Positions 29,658-39,773 are shown, counted from the first letter of the stretch. The stretch is 64,000 nt of DNA from an uncultured Candidatus Entotheonella sp. (GCA_965217185.1 OZ244252.1:1632001-1696000); one strand, 5' to 3'. Numbers and translations: made by a program. Notes: a model not told the origin generated them from the sequence alone.

Positions 29658-30930
29658 TTACTTCGGACAGTACTCAAACCGCCCTGTCAGTGACCGTGCC
29701 ATCGTTACAAAGGTCTTGGTAATCGGGCTGGATTTTTCCAGGCTATGCCCCTGGGCTAAATACTGAGAAATTCGCTCCAGCAGATGTTGGTTGAAGGCGC
29801 GCCGTTTGAGACTCGCCATGGAAAACCCTGCCTGGGCACCGCCGCTTTGCTGCCGCGCTTCCAGTTTGCCCAAGGTCAGAGCGCTCATACTGGCATTGAA
29901 GTGAAAATGCAGCTTGGCCTGCGAGCGCGCTTGACAGGCACTCAGAGACGTAAACTGCTTGGCGTCTCTGAAGAGAAACTCGATCTGGAAGCGTGCTTTG
30001 TACCCACGATAAAGCGCCTGCGCATCCAAGTCGGTATCGGTGCTGAACAGCACCGCCCGCCGCTGGGTGCGGGTATCCACCACAAGCACGACTCGCAGAG
30101 CCTGCCCCGGAACCCCGTATCAAGTACGGGGCAGGCTTTGATCCGGGGTTGCGCCGAAGATGCACGTGGTTGAGGACTTGATGGTAGAGAATGATGTCGT
30201 CGTCTTCACTCTGCACCCATTCAAAGCGTGACAGGTCGTCCCAATGGACCTTGCCGTCATAGGTCTTGGGACGCCCTGGTCCCGGGCGCCCCGGTCCTTG
30301 GTAGAGATAGCGCAGGCTTGTCCTTGTGAAAACGGGGATTGGCGTCACGGCGCAGTTTGCCAATCTGGTGCAGCCCGAGGGCGCGAACCCCGTCGAGGAA
30401 TTTACGTTTGCTGTAATAGCCATCCGCTACCACATAGCGTAGATGACCCAGATGATGGTCACAGACCACGCCTCTCAATTGTCCAGATAGGCATCGATGC
30501 CTGTTGCCTTGCGGCTCCGAGGTCTTGTCGCTTGGGGATGTCTGCTCGACGCTGAGGCCATAGGCGCAGTTGTCGGTAATGTCGATCCAGGCCAGAAGCG
30601 AGACTTCCAGACCTTTTTCACTGCGCCGGTGGCGGCGGTTCCAGAAGCGTTCAAGGCCATAGGTAGGGGTACCACTTTTGGGGATAAAGCTGGCGTCGAT
30701 AACGAGGGCCTGTTGATGCTCGGGCGCAATCACTTGGGTAATCGCCGCTTTATTGAGTGCGACAAAGTCAAACGGTCGGTCGTACCACCGCGCAAAGAGC
30801 CTGCCCCGGACTCGGTCCGGGGTACGTTCGTGATAGGAACTGTAGCGGCTGAGATTACGAGCTGACGATGCAGCGGTACGTACAGGCACAGTTAGGATGA
30901 CGCCAAGAGCCTGTCGAAGGAATCGCAAAT
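29658..30930 (-). pseudogene. IS4/IS701-like DDE transposase, disrupted by frameshifts and palindromic inserts
   Basis: LVIDASFIPKSG..TYGLERFWN, VVADGYYSK, IGKLRRDAN, GRPKTYDGKV, YKARFQIEFLFRDAKQFT across frames. Confidence 0.85.
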
Positions 30931-31030
30931 TTGGTTTGGAGTGCCAGAGGATTGCCAAATGAGCTAACAGAAGATGACGACGGAACTGTAACTCTCTCGT
31001 ATTTCGAGGAGTTACAAGAGTTGGAGGGAG

Positions 31031-31391
31031 TGGAGGCGGCGGGAATCGAACCCGCGTCCGAAAGCCTTCGGTCACAGCGTCTACATGCTTATCCGGGGAA
31101 AATGGTTTCGCCTCTTCCCAACCTCCCCAGCCGGGCAAGGAAGACGCTAGCCTGGATTAAATTTCGCCCACCGCTCTCCCCAGGCAGGGGGAACAACGGG
31201 CTATCCCACATCGTGGCGCCTGATCCTGACACCGTGGGCGGGTGACAGGGAGACGCTGGCCGGGATTAAGCGGCCAGAGCTACTTCATAATCATTGGCGA
31301 TTATGTTTTGTTCCGCTTTTTTACGAGGCCAGCGGAGTCCTCGGCATGCAACCGTAACGTCATGTACCCCCGTCGAAATCCTTTCGCCCCC
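31031..31391 (-). ncRNA. ssrA: tmRNA; tag peptide (A)ANDYEVALAA
   Basis: 5' GGGGGCGAAAGGATTTCGACGGGG; 3' GGACGCGGGTTCGATTCCCGCCGCCTCCA; tag ORF GCCAATGATTATGAAGTAGCTCTGGCCGCTTAA at 31298-31266; adjacent to smpB. Confidence 0.97.
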
Positions 31392-31399
31392 TTCGGTAG

Positions 31400-31861
31400 T
31401 TACTCACCGGCCAGCGCCCGCGCGATGTCGCGCTGCGCGTCGCGGCGTTTCATGTCCTGTCGCTTGTCGTATTGCCGCTTACCCTTGGCGAGACCCAGTT
31501 CAATCTTCGCCTTGCCGCGGCTAAAATACATACGGGTCGGAATCAGCGTCAGCCCCCGTTCCTGCGCCTTGCCGGCGAGTCGATGAATCTCCCGCTTGTG
31601 CAGGAGGAGCTTGCGGGGCCGTTCAGGCTCGTGGTTGAAGCGGTTGGCCTGTTCGTACTGATTGATGTACGCATGCAGCAGAAACATCTCGCCGTCGCGG
31701 GCCTCGGCGTAGGCATCCTTCAAGGTCGCCCGCCCGGCCCGCAGGGACTTAACCTCCGTCCCGTGCAGAACCAGCCCGGCTTCGAACACCTCGTCAATCG
31801 CATAGTCGAAGCGCGCCCGCTTGTTGACGCAGATGATTTTCTTGCCGCCTTTGTCTGCCAT
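31400..31861 (-). CDS. smpB: SsrA-binding protein
   Basis: NKRARFDY, EAGLVLHGTEVKSLR, RKLLLHKREI, AKGKRQYDKR. Confidence 0.98.
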   Translation of the reverse strand: MADKGGKKIICVNKRARFDYAIDEVFEAGLVLHGTEVKSLRAGRATLKDAYAEARDGEMFLLHAYINQYEQANRFNHEPERPRKLLLHKREIHRLAGKAQERGLTLIPTRMYFSRGKAKIELGLAKGKRQYDKRQDMKRRDAQRDIARALAGE

Positions 31862-32038
31862 GCGTCCAATCCTCTTGTTGAGAAGGTCACGCACTATACC
31901 CCGCCGACCCGGTTTTGGCAAGGGAAGCAGGCCCAATTGCACTGTTTACAATGGGTTATTGGCACTTGATAATATACGGCCATGCCGGATTGCCGGCAAC
32001 GACCCCACCGCCATGCCTTACACGAAGGAACGACTCCC

Positions 32039-32836
32039 ATGATTATGACCAACACGCTGCGCGAGAAACTGGACGCCGGCAAACCCACCATCGGCACGCA
32101 TTACCTGTCGTCTGACCCCGACCTGGCCGAAATCATCGGCGACACCGGCCTGTACGACTACGGCGAATTCTGCGCCGAGTACAGCGCCTTCGACATGCAA
32201 CTGCTCTACCACATGGCCCGCGCCGGGCAGTGCGGCAACCTGCCCCTGATGATCAAGCCGGACCAACGCAGCCAAGCGTTCTGGGCCCAGGCCGCCATCG
32301 GGGCGGGGTTCAAGGCGGTGTTGTTTACGGACATCCGCACCGTGGAGGACGTGCAGCTTTGCCACCAGGCCATCCGCGCCGACATGCCGGACATCGGCGG
32401 GCACATGGGCGTCAAGCTGCGCCGTCCGGCGTTGACGAGCTACAACCCCGACGGCTACCTGGACGACCTGCAATCGGTCGTGTTTCTCATCATGATCGAG
32501 AAGGACGTCGCGGTGGATCAATTGGACGCGATTCTGCAGGAATCAAAGGACAAGGGCGTTGACATGAACCAGTGGGGGCCGGCCGACTTCGGCTTCTCGC
32601 GGGGCAACCCCAGCCTCATGTTCACGCCGGAGATCCGGCCCTTCGAGGAAATGGTGATCAAGAAATCCATTGAATACGGCGTGCCGCCGCGTATGGAGAT
32701 TTCCGACGTGGAGCAGGCCAAGCGCTACGTGCAGTTAGGCGTGCGCCACTTCTGCATCGGCTGGGACCGCTTCATCTATCAGGCGGCGCTGATGAATCTC
32801 GGCGAAGGGCTGCGCAAGGTCGTGGAGACGCTCTAA
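32039..32836 (+). CDS. HpcH/HpaI aldolase/citrate lyase family protein
   Basis: NTLREKLDAGKPTIG, IMIEK..AVDQLDAI, GPADF motifs. Confidence 0.85.
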   Translation: MIMTNTLREKLDAGKPTIGTHYLSSDPDLAEIIGDTGLYDYGEFCAEYSAFDMQLLYHMARAGQCGNLPLMIKPDQRSQAFWAQAAIGAGFKAVLFTDIRTVEDVQLCHQAIRADMPDIGGHMGVKLRRPALTSYNPDGYLDDLQSVVFLIMIEKDVAVDQLDAILQESKDKGVDMNQWGPADFGFSRGNPSLMFTPEIRPFEEMVIKKSIEYGVPPRMEISDVEQAKRYVQLGVRHFCIGWDRFIYQAALMNLGEGLRKVVETL

Positions 32837-33711
32837 CCGAGGAATTTCGGTTCCGGCAGGCCGCGCATGCCGGGTTCACAAGCGAAGATGCTGCCGGCCT
32901 GCGGCTGTCCGGGCTGCAGGGGCGCACTGCCGTCGGAACCGATGCTGGTGATGTACATGATCTCCAGATTTTCGCCCCCGAAGGCGGGCATGGTCGGCTT
33001 CTGCACCGGCAGTTTCAGCGTCCGGTCCACGCTTCCGTCGGGGGCGAAGCGCACCATTTGCCAGCCACCGACGTTTGCTGACCAGTAAAATCCTTCAGCG
33101 TCCACACAACCGCCGTCGGGACGGCCGGGCAGGTCGTGCGTGGTGGCGAACACCCGGCGGTTGCTGAGGGTTCCGTCCTCAGCGTGGAAATCAAACGCCC
33201 AGATGGTCTCCTGCCTCGTGTCCGCGTGATACATCGTGCCGCCGTCGGGGCTGAAGGCCAAGCCGTTGCTGACACCGATGTCGGGCACCATGGTGCGCCA
33301 GTTCAGGTCCGTGTCGAGGCAATACAGCGCCCCGGTACGCTGCGCCGGGTCTTGGGGGTCGCGCATGGTGCCGGCCCAGAATCGTCCATCGGGTCCGCAA
33401 CGTCCGTCGTTAAACCGATTGTCCGGCTTGTCTGCCTCCGGGTCGACAATTGGGGTGAGCGCGGCGGTGTCGAAATCGAGAAAATGGAAGCCTGAGCGCA
33501 GCGCCACCACCAAGCCGCCCTGCTCACGAAGCACGAAGGAACCAACCTGCTCGGGCAATTGGCACACGTCGTTGTCGCCGGTGGCCGGATCGAATCGGTT
33601 GACCGTGTGCCCGTTAATGTTCACCCAATACAACCGTCGCTCTTCCCGGCTCCACGTCGGACCTTCCCCCAACTCGGCCCGTACGTCCAGTACACAACTG
33701 ACATCCGTCAT
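32833..33711 (-). CDS. SMP-30/gluconolactonase/LRE family protein
   Basis: LGEGP.W, RFNDG, SNGLAFSPDG, PDGGCVDAEG, FGG. Confidence 0.93.
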   Translation of the reverse strand: MTDVSCVLDVRAELGEGPTWSREERRLYWVNINGHTVNRFDPATGDNDVCQLPEQVGSFVLREQGGLVVALRSGFHFLDFDTAALTPIVDPEADKPDNRFNDGRCGPDGRFWAGTMRDPQDPAQRTGALYCLDTDLNWRTMVPDIGVSNGLAFSPDGGTMYHADTRQETIWAFDFHAEDGTLSNRRVFATTHDLPGRPDGGCVDAEGFYWSANVGGWQMVRFAPDGSVDRTLKLPVQKPTMPAFGGENLEIMYITSIGSDGSAPLQPGQPQAGSIFACEPGMRGLPEPKFLG

Positions 33712-33822
33712 GAGGCTCCCCTTTTTCGGCTTGGTTTGATTGGCGCAACGCAACGCGGGAGCATTCTACCTTGGCCCTGCTTCTCGGGTCAAAACACCAG
33801 CAGACAGGCCCCGTGACCGGTG

Positions 33823-33851
33823 TTGACAAAGGTTTGGCGGGCTTATAACGT
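33823..33851 (+). promoter_or_regulatory. Putative sigma70 promoter of TRAP SBP gene
   Basis: TTGACA (33823) -17 bp- TAACGT (33846). Confidence 0.5.
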
Positions 33852-33890
33852 GGCACCATCCATTACATGCATCACTCAGGGAGACCATTC

Positions 33891-35024
33891 ATGCACAAGC
33901 TTGCGCTTGGATTCCTCGCGGCATGCGCCGTGACCCTTCTTCCGGCCGTGCCTTTCCCGCAGCACCCCCTGGCGCCCACTGACGCAGAGGCCCAGGGCGA
34001 CACCATCGTATTGAAGATTCAGGCGAGCTTCCCGCCTTCCAGTTTGTTGTTCACCAACATGCAGAAATTCGCCCAGGGCGTCGAGCAGATGTCGGGCGGG
34101 CGCGTGAAGATCGACGGGTTTCCGGCGGGCGCCATCGTTGGCGCCTTCGACGTGGCCGACGCCACGCACCGCGGCGTTCTGGACGGCGCCCATACCTGCA
34201 CGTATTACTTCATGGGCAAGCACATGGCGGCGGCCCTGTTCACCTCGGTACCCGGCGGCCCCTTCGGGATGAGCACCATTGACTTCTGGGGCTGGGAGTT
34301 TCAGGGCGGCGGCTTCCAGCTTTTGAACGAGTTTTACCAAGATGTTCTCGGCATGAACATCGTCGCCTTCCCCGTTTTCCCGACCACACCCCAGTCGCTC
34401 GGCTGGTTCAAAAAACCGCTGAAGAGCGTTGATGATCTCAAGGGCCTCAAATACCGGGTTCCGGGTCTGGCCTCCGAGGTCTACAAGGACATGGGGCTTT
34501 CCGTCGTCACGCTGCCGGGCGGCGAGGTGCTGCCCGCCGGTGAACGCGGCGTGCTGGACGCCACCGAGTGGTACACCCCGGCAGAAGACCTGCGGCAGGG
34601 ATTCGACACGGTGTGGAAATTCTATCATTACCCCGGCGCACACGAGATTGCCGGCTCCTGCGACTTACTGATTAACAAGGAGGTCTGGGACGGCCTATCG
34701 CCGGATATTCAGGCCATCGTCAAGGCGGCGGCCTTCCAGGCAGCGTTCCAGTCGCTGCTGGAGTTCAACCGCATGGACGCCGAGGCGCTGAATACCTTCA
34801 CGGACAAGCGCGGCGTAACGTTGGTCAAAACGCCCGACGACATCCTTCTGGCGCACTTGAAATCGTGGGACAAGATCGCGGAGCGCGAATCCGCCAAGGA
34901 CCCGTTCTTCAAGAAGGTGCTGGATTCCCAGCGGGCCTACGCCGAGCTTGTGGTTCCCGCGCGGCTGTTCATGAGCCCGTATGACACGATCGCCGATTAC
35001 TATTGGGGCGATAAGCAGCCGTAA
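33891..35024 (+). CDS. TRAP transporter substrate-binding protein (DctP/TakP-like)
   Basis: Signal peptide; MSGGRVKI, GWFKKPL..DDLKGLKYR, LPGGEV.PA.ERGVLDATEW, DPFFKKV. Confidence 0.9.
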   Translation: MHKLALGFLAACAVTLLPAVPFPQHPLAPTDAEAQGDTIVLKIQASFPPSSLLFTNMQKFAQGVEQMSGGRVKIDGFPAGAIVGAFDVADATHRGVLDGAHTCTYYFMGKHMAAALFTSVPGGPFGMSTIDFWGWEFQGGGFQLLNEFYQDVLGMNIVAFPVFPTTPQSLGWFKKPLKSVDDLKGLKYRVPGLASEVYKDMGLSVVTLPGGEVLPAGERGVLDATEWYTPAEDLRQGFDTVWKFYHYPGAHEIAGSCDLLINKEVWDGLSPDIQAIVKAAAFQAAFQSLLEFNRMDAEALNTFTDKRGVTLVKTPDDILLAHLKSWDKIAERESAKDPFFKKVLDSQRAYAELVVPARLFMSPYDTIADYYWGDKQP

Positions 35025-35050
35025 CGTTAACTCACGCCGGAGAATGAAAT

Positions 35051-35098
35051 ATGGCGGCCGGGGTTGTTCAGACGTTTGGCAATTCCGGCCGCCGTATG
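35051..35098 (+). terminator. Hairpin after TRAP SBP
   Basis: ATGGCGGCCGGGG...TTCCGGCCGCCGTAT inverted repeat; no strong U tract. Confidence 0.4.
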
Positions 35099-35201
35099 CT
35101 ATATAAACCGCCACGTACACTTCCCGTCCAATGACCTTTCCGTAAGTCGCCGGCCTCTGCTGAGGCTCCGGCGCCAATCCACCAAACTACAGGAGGCACC
35201 C

Positions 35202-37043
35202 ATGTTGTTCCACATCCTTCTCGCCGGCTTGGTGGCACTGCTGACGATGCCGCTGTCGCCTGCTGCAAACACCGCCGAGCGTATCAACCTTGGCCCCGGA
35301 CCGGTCGATTGGCAAGGCGACCTGTCGCCCATCGCGTCGAGCGAGTGGAGCTACGACCGCGCGGCGCACTTGCTGGAGCGCGCCGGTTTCGGCGGTACTC
35401 CGGAGGACATCGAACGGCTGGCCGCCATGACGCCGGATCAGGCGGTGCAGCACCTGGTGCACTACGAATCGATCGACAACGGCCACCTGCAGCCGTTTGA
35501 CGAATCCGGCGTGCACGACCCCGGTCTGGTGCCCTTCCCGCCCAGCCGCCCGGCCACCACTCAGCTCGCCAAGGAGAACGGCGAGGCAATCGGTGTCAAG
35601 GTGAAGGCATCGGGCAATCGGCCCCTGCAGCCGGTGGTCAACAAGTTCTTCTACTGGCTGCGCGCCAGCATGTTGGAAACCCGGCGGGTGTCGTATTGGT
35701 GGGCCAACCGCATGCTCAACACCAATCGCCCGCTCGAAGAGAAGATGGCGCTGTTCTGGCACGGCCACTTCGCCACCAGCGAGGACAAGGTGCGCGACTA
35801 CCGCAAGATGCTGCTGCAGAATGAAACCTTTCGGCGCCACGCTACCGGCAACTTCCGCGACCTCGTGGTGGCCGTGGCACAGGATCCGGCGATGCTCTAC
35901 TTCCTCGACGCCGGGGTCAACATCAAGGGGGCACCGAATGAGAACTTCGCCCGCGAGATCATGGAGCTGTTCACCATGGGGGTGGGCAATTACAGCGAAG
36001 AGGACATCCGCGAGGCGGCGCGGGCCTTCACCGGCTGGAACTCCGATGACCTGACCTTCGTGATCAACGCGGCGCAGCACGACGACGGCCCCAAGAGCTT
36101 CCTGGGCAATGAGGGCAGCTACGACGGCGTGGCGGTCGTCGACCTGATCATGGCGCAGCCCGCCACCGCCGAATTCATGGCCGCCAAGCTCTATCGCTAC
36201 CTAGCGCGGGATGAACTTTCGCCGGACCTGAACGGCGAGTTGGCCGCGATCCTGCGCGACAACAACTACGAGATGAAGCCGCTGTTGCAAACGGTCTTCC
36301 TGTCCAAGGATTTTTACAGCCCCGCCAGCATGGGCACCCATATCAAAAGCCCGACGGAGTTGGTGGTGTCCACTTACAAGAAGCTCGGCGTCGATGACGT
36401 GCCGGGCATTCCCGACTTCAACCTGGTGATCACCGCACTGGGACAGGAACTCTTCTGGCCGCCCACCGTCGCGGGCTGGGCGCACGGGCGCAGTTGGATC
36501 ACGCCCGGCTTACTGCTGGAGCGGGGCAATTTCGCCCGCGCCACGCTCTTCCCGGACATCGACTTCATCCCCCGCGATCGCTACCAAGCCAGCTTGATGC
36601 TGCGCGAGGTGCACGCCCGGATTAAACAGGGTTTCGACATCACCAGCGCCACGCAGCCGGGATACGGCAACGGTGGCATGATGATGGCCGAATCGAACAT
36701 GATGGCCGACCGCGACGAGGACTTCAATACGCGCTATGGCAGCTACCGGGGTTGGCAGATGGCCATCGAGCGGGTGAAGCCGTTGCCGCGCCACACCGCC
36801 CGCCTCGATCTGAGCGCCATGGTCCGGGAAGCGGGGCTGCGCAATACCGAGAAGGTCGTGGACTACTTCCTCGAGCGCTTCATGCGGACGCCGCTCGGAC
36901 AGGCGGAACGAAACCTGCTGGTCACCTTTCTGGAGAGCGAGTTGGGCACTTCCGACATCGGGGAGGCCGAGACTTACCTGGAAGCGCCCTTGCGCATGCT
37001 CCTCCATCTCATTATGAGCCAACCCGAGTACCAACTCGGCTGA
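35202..37043 (+). CDS. DUF1800 family protein
   Basis: AAHLLERAGFG, EKMALFWHGHFAT, PNENFAREIMELFTMG, PPTVAGW, SQPEYQL; AGGAGG RBS. Confidence 0.92.
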   Translation: MLFHILLAGLVALLTMPLSPAANTAERINLGPGPVDWQGDLSPIASSEWSYDRAAHLLERAGFGGTPEDIERLAAMTPDQAVQHLVHYESIDNGHLQPFDESGVHDPGLVPFPPSRPATTQLAKENGEAIGVKVKASGNRPLQPVVNKFFYWLRASMLETRRVSYWWANRMLNTNRPLEEKMALFWHGHFATSEDKVRDYRKMLLQNETFRRHATGNFRDLVVAVAQDPAMLYFLDAGVNIKGAPNENFAREIMELFTMGVGNYSEEDIREAARAFTGWNSDDLTFVINAAQHDDGPKSFLGNEGSYDGVAVVDLIMAQPATAEFMAAKLYRYLARDELSPDLNGELAAILRDNNYEMKPLLQTVFLSKDFYSPASMGTHIKSPTELVVSTYKKLGVDDVPGIPDFNLVITALGQELFWPPTVAGWAHGRSWITPGLLLERGNFARATLFPDIDFIPRDRYQASLMLREVHARIKQGFDITSATQPGYGNGGMMMAESNMMADRDEDFNTRYGSYRGWQMAIERVKPLPRHTARLDLSAMVREAGLRNTEKVVDYFLERFMRTPLGQAERNLLVTFLESELGTSDIGEAETYLEAPLRMLLHLIMSQPEYQLG

Positions 37044-37073
37044 TCCCCGCATTTTCAACAAGGAGAGTTCGTC

Positions 37074-38324
37074 ATGAGGAATAAGTATTCGGCATTGCAG
37101 GACCTGACCCGGCGCGACGCCCTGAAGACCGGCTTATTCGGTATGGGCGCGGCGGGTGCCCTCGGGCTGCCACCCTTCTTTTCGCGAGCCGCCGATGCCA
37201 TGGTGAAGCGAATCGGCGACGGCCATAACGAAAACCGCATCCTGGTGGTCCTGGAGTTGTCTGGCGGCAACGACGGGCTGAACACGCTCGTTCCCTACGG
37301 CAACGATGCGTACTACCGCCAGCGCCCGACCATCGGCATCAAGCCGGAGAAGGTACTCAAAATCGACGACCACTTTGGTTTCAATCCGGGCCTGGTGGGA
37401 TTCGAGCGGCTCTACAAGGATGGCAAGATGGCCGTGGTTCACGGCTGCGGCTACGACAATCCGTCGTTTTCGCACTTCACGTCCATGGCCTACTGGCACA
37501 CCGCAGCACCGAACAGCGGCGAGGAGTACGGCTGGCTGGGGCGCTTGGCGGACGCCGTCAAGCCGGGCGGCGCGTCGAACTACATTGTGAACATCGACGC
37601 CACCCAATCCCTGGCGGTGCGCAGCCGCGACCACGTGCCGGTGGTTTTCGACGCGCCGGACAAATTCGCCCGCGAGGGTTTCCATTCGCAACAGCCGTTA
37701 TTCCAGCACGTCGCCGATTCCAACGGCGCGGGCAATCCGTCACGGGACTACTTGCTTAACATTGCCCAGAGCGCCCTCGACGCCTCGGCGCTGGTGCGGC
37801 AGGCCTGGACTGATTACAGTTCGCCGATCGACTACGGCATCGTGCCGCTTGACTTGCCCAAGATTGCGGCGCTGATCAACGCCGACATGCCGACGCGGCT
37901 GTATTACACCACCTTCCGCAACAACGCCTTCGACACCCACGTGCACCAAGGCAACCTGCACCAGCGGCTGCTCACATACGCCGCCGACGCCGTCGCCGGT
38001 TTCATGGCGGATATGGAACGCATCGGCCGTGCCGATGACGTGGTCATGCTGCTGTTTTCCGAGTTTGGCCGCCGGGTGCCCGAAAACACCAGCCTCGGCA
38101 CCGACCACGGCGCCGCTGGCCTCATGTTCATGATCGGCAAACCCGTCAAGGGCGGCCATTACGGCCAGCTCCCCAGCCTTACGGAACTGGATCCCGGCGA
38201 CAATCTCATCTACACCACCGACTTCCGCCGCGTCTACGCCACAGCCATCGACGGCTGGCTCGGCTACGAAGACGCCCACACTCTCCTGGACGGCGATTTC
38301 AAGCCGTTCGACATGTTCGCGTAG
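37074..38324 (+). CDS. DUF1501 family protein, Tat-exported
   Basis: TRRDALK Tat motif; LSGGNDGLN, SHF, FDTH, SEFGRR, GTDHG, DFRRVYA. Confidence 0.92.
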   Translation: MRNKYSALQDLTRRDALKTGLFGMGAAGALGLPPFFSRAADAMVKRIGDGHNENRILVVLELSGGNDGLNTLVPYGNDAYYRQRPTIGIKPEKVLKIDDHFGFNPGLVGFERLYKDGKMAVVHGCGYDNPSFSHFTSMAYWHTAAPNSGEEYGWLGRLADAVKPGGASNYIVNIDATQSLAVRSRDHVPVVFDAPDKFAREGFHSQQPLFQHVADSNGAGNPSRDYLLNIAQSALDASALVRQAWTDYSSPIDYGIVPLDLPKIAALINADMPTRLYYTTFRNNAFDTHVHQGNLHQRLLTYAADAVAGFMADMERIGRADDVVMLLFSEFGRRVPENTSLGTDHGAAGLMFMIGKPVKGGHYGQLPSLTELDPGDNLIYTTDFRRVYATAIDGWLGYEDAHTLLDGDFKPFDMFA

Positions 38325-38353
38325 TTCGCGTAGCGGGTAATACCGCAGCCTCA

Positions 38354-38399
38354 CAAGCCACCACCCCGGCAGCCTCAGGGTTACCGGGGTGGTGGTTTG
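38354..38399 (+). terminator. Probable intrinsic terminator after DUF1501
   Basis: CAAGCCACCACCCCGG...CCGGGGTGGTGGTTTG hairpin. Confidence 0.6.
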
Positions 38400-38591
38400 T
38401 AACGCACCGACAGACGACCAGAAAATCAAGGGCAGCAAACCCAACCCCAGAGCGTTTCCGCATCAAGCTGCAGGCCGAATTAACGACGCGTAATCCGATA
38501 TTCCACTGCGCGCCGCAAACTTCGGTTCACCCAGCCCTGCTTGAAGCCGCCAGTCCATACATCGTCCAATGCAACCTGGAAATGCCCTGAA

Positions 38592-39284
38592 TTACTGCCG
38601 CGCCAACGTCAAAGAGAGGTCGACGATGGCGAAATCGGCAGTGGCGAATCCGGGGACGGGGTTGCCATCCATGGTCATCTGGATGTTGGGAAACGGCGTC
38701 TGGTGGAAGGCCAGGCAGACGCGTTCAATGCCGGAAACAATGAGTTGGGCAAGGGGTGAGTCGCCGGCGTGCATATAGTGGGCGCCGGCGCTGGTGATCA
38801 TCACCCGGTCGTCTGACGTGGCGACGCGCACCTTGATCGTGCGATCCTCGGAAAGACCCATGGCCTCGATCCGAACGGCAAGATCGACGGCCTGCATCGG
38901 GTCGGATGAGGCGGGATCATAACCGGTCAGACTCAGGGGTGAGATGGTCCACGAGGTGAACTGGTTGACCAGGAAGGCGCCTTGGCGGATGTTGGCGTCG
39001 CGGGCGGGGTTGCCGGTGTTGAACGACGTGATGTCCAAGACCAGGGAGCCGCTGATTGCACCGGTCGCCGGATCGAACTCGACCTGACCGGGCTGGATGT
39101 TGATGGCGCCGCGCACCGGGACGCCCATGCGGGCCGTGGGTTTCATCTTGAAGCCGGTGGCGCCGACCTCGCCGCTGACGACCCGCAGGGTTTCAGCAAA
39201 GCCGGGGGCAGTCCCGACGCCAACCAACAGAGCCATCGCCAAGACCGCTCCAGCAACGCGGCTTCCCAGGGTATTCCTACTCAT
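38592..39284 (-). CDS. YceI-like lipid/polyisoprenoid-binding periplasmic protein
   Basis: Signal peptide; LDITSFNTGNPARDANIR..F motif. Confidence 0.65.
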   Translation of the reverse strand: MSRNTLGSRVAGAVLAMALLVGVGTAPGFAETLRVVSGEVGATGFKMKPTARMGVPVRGAINIQPGQVEFDPATGAISGSLVLDITSFNTGNPARDANIRQGAFLVNQFTSWTISPLSLTGYDPASSDPMQAVDLAVRIEAMGLSEDRTIKVRVATSDDRVMITSAGAHYMHAGDSPLAQLIVSGIERVCLAFHQTPFPNIQMTMDGNPVPGFATADFAIVDLSLTLARQ

Positions 39285-39308
39285 AACTTCGCTCCTCGTA
39301 GTATTTGT

Positions 39309-39773
39309 TTACTCAATCGTTATCGTCTCGATCTTCATGTCTTCGCGGGGTCGGTCTCCGCCGTCCGTTTCCACCTGGCCGGCGGCGCTAACCACATCCA
39401 TCCCCTCCACAACTTTGCCAAACACGGCATGCCGCCCGTCCAGCCAGTGGGTGGCTGCAAGCGTGATGAAGAACTGCGAGCCGCCCGTGTTCGGTCCGGC
39501 GTTGGCCATGGAGAGGACACCAGGAACGTCGTGCTTCAGCTCGGGGTGAAATTCGTCGTCGATGGTATAACCGGGGCCGCCCATTCCTGTGCCTTGCGGA
39601 CAGCCGCCTTGGATCATGAAACCGCTGATGATGCGGTGAAAGATGAGGCCGTTGTAGAAGCCAGACTCAACCAATTTGATGAAATTGTCCGTCGTCTTGG
39701 GTGCCTTGCCCTCGCTCAGTTCTATCCGAAATACACCCTCGGACGTCGTGAAGCGTGCGTGTCGGTTTGCCAT
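39309..39773 (-). CDS. Cyclophilin-type peptidyl-prolyl cis-trans isomerase
   Basis: FHRII.GFMIQGG, LSMANAGPNTGGSQFFIT, LDGRHAVFGKV. Confidence 0.97.
   Translation of the reverse strand: MANRHARFTTSEGVFRIELSEGKAPKTTDNFIKLVESGFYNGLIFHRIISGFMIQGGCPQGTGMGGPGYTIDDEFHPELKHDVPGVLSMANAGPNTGGSQFFITLAATHWLDGRHAVFGKVVEGMDVVSAAGQVETDGGDRPREDMKIETITIE

Noticed and set aside
30257..31138. 293-aa ORF starting inside tmRNA
   Set aside because: N-terminus is read-through of ssrA sequence; only the distal part is transposase remnant
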